Shown: positions 62,806 to 64,000 of the stretch, in pieces | Layout: each line of letters starts with the position of its first letter | Position numbering within the stretch: the first letter of the stretch is position 1 | Assembly: GCA_963575745.1 (NCBI GenBank) | Contig: CAUYUJ010000011.1 | Span: 1 to 64,000 of the forward strand | Source: Prorocentrum cordatum | Lineage: Eukaryota | Reading direction: 5' to 3' | Length of the DNA: 64,000 bases | Made by a program: the position numbers and the translations under genes | The notes under the pieces: model-generated | Told to the model about the DNA's origin: nothing | Databases searched by the model: none | The model's input: only the letters and a program-made list of their open reading frames with translations

Positions 62806-64000
62806 CATCGAACAGCCGGGTTTGTAAGACCACGCCCGGCAAAAAAAACGCCCGGGCTAGGGGGGGGGGGGCCGGGAAACGTATTGCAAAGAAAACGCTA
62901 GGGGTGGAAAGGACTGGGGGGCCGGGCGCGATTTTGCGTAGAAAACGCCTGGGTCGAGGCGGGCTTTGGAGCAGGGGAGCATTTTGCCCAGGAAACGATT
63001 GGGATGGGAAGCGCTTGGGCTGGGAAGGGTGCGGGGTGGGGGCACGGCTTTGCGGACGCAGCACTTGCGTTGGGAAGGGTTTTCGGGCTGGGGAGGGCTC
63101 ATGCAAGGAGAATGCTTCGGTAGGGAAGCAATGCAGGGTTGGGGTGGACTTCGCGAATGGAAACGCCTGGGCCAGGACAGACGTTTGAAGATTCTGGGGT
63201 TGAAGATGGATTGCGCAGAAGACGTATGGTTTGGGAATAACTCTGGGGTTGGGGTGCAGTTTGCGAAGAAGGCGCTCGGTCTGGGGCTGATTTTTTTGGG
63301 TGGGGAGGTCTTGGCAAAACAAACAATTGGGCGAGCAAGAATTGCTGGGTCCGGAAGGCATTTTGCAAAGAAAGCGCCGGGTTTGCCGGGTTTCAAAAGG
63401 ATGCCGGTTCGCGGGCGGAGTTTGCGAAGAAATCGCCGAGGTTGCGAGGGGCATTGGGTTTAGAATGCCCTTGCGAAGACAAGCGCCTAGGCGCGGCATG
63501 ATTTCTTGGTTGGGAAAGATTGGGCATGTGGAAAGCCAGGACTTGGAAGGACGTAGGGGTTGGGCAGCCCCCCAAAGAGAAATCCTGGGTCGGGGTAGAT
63601 TTGGGGCACGGGCCAGAATTTGCAACGGAAGCGTCTGCGTTGGGAGGGTTCTCCGGGGTCGGGAAGGATCAACAGAGGAAAAACTTGGAGCGGGAATGAC
63701 TCGGCGTTGGTCGAGATTCTACACAGAGGACGCAAGGGTTCACGGGGGGCTCGGGGGTTGGCAAGGACGCTGCAAAACGCAACTTGCGTCGGGGGCGATA
63801 TCGGAGTTAGGAAAAAATCCAAAAAGAGGAACCTCGGGTTGGGAAGGGTTCTTGGGCGGGAGAGAATTTAAGGGATTTGGAGTTTGGGGGCGAATTGATA
63901 CAGAAAGCGCTCGGGTTGGGGAGGTTCGAGGAATTGGGCGGGATTTTACCGGGAAGGCGCTAGAGTTTGGGCGGGTTTTCGGTTCGGGGAGAATGGCGCA

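Overview
Repeat-rich, GC-rich eukaryotic DNA, most likely dinoflagellate. That assignment is inferred from relict spliced-leader (DinoSL) sequences upstream of two genes and from GC-AG/GA-AG introns in an AG|G context. No prokaryotic operons, rRNA, tRNA or CRISPR arrays were recognised. Main contents: (1) ~1-7.9 kb (+), a non-LTR retrotransposon with APE endonuclease, RT, CCHC finger and RNase H. Its apparent poly(A) lies inside a coding repeat, so its real tail is probably (TCC)n. (2) 21.4-31.7 kb (-), one very large Helitron-type RepHel gene: Cys-rich repeats, DUF6570-like region, HUH/Y2 Rep, PIF1 helicase and a C-terminal OTU-like protease. It is split by three predicted non-canonical introns with terminal inverted repeats (Introner-like), is preceded by DinoSL relics, and carries a few frameshifts and one in-frame stop. 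(3) 41.1-42.8 kb (-), an intronless RPA1-like OB-fold gene that may belong to the same rolling-circle element. (4) 48.2-49.2 kb (-), an intronless multi-TM + PAS-like retrogene with tandem DinoSL relics. (5) Several small non-autonomous elements: a 194-bp palindromic MITE with an adjacent empty site, a 599-bp TA-flanked MITE, a tandem trimer of fold-back units and a (TCC)n-tailed SINE-like repeat. The rest is micro- and minisatellite plus one 100-N gap. All domain calls come from motifs recognised by eye, not from database searches.
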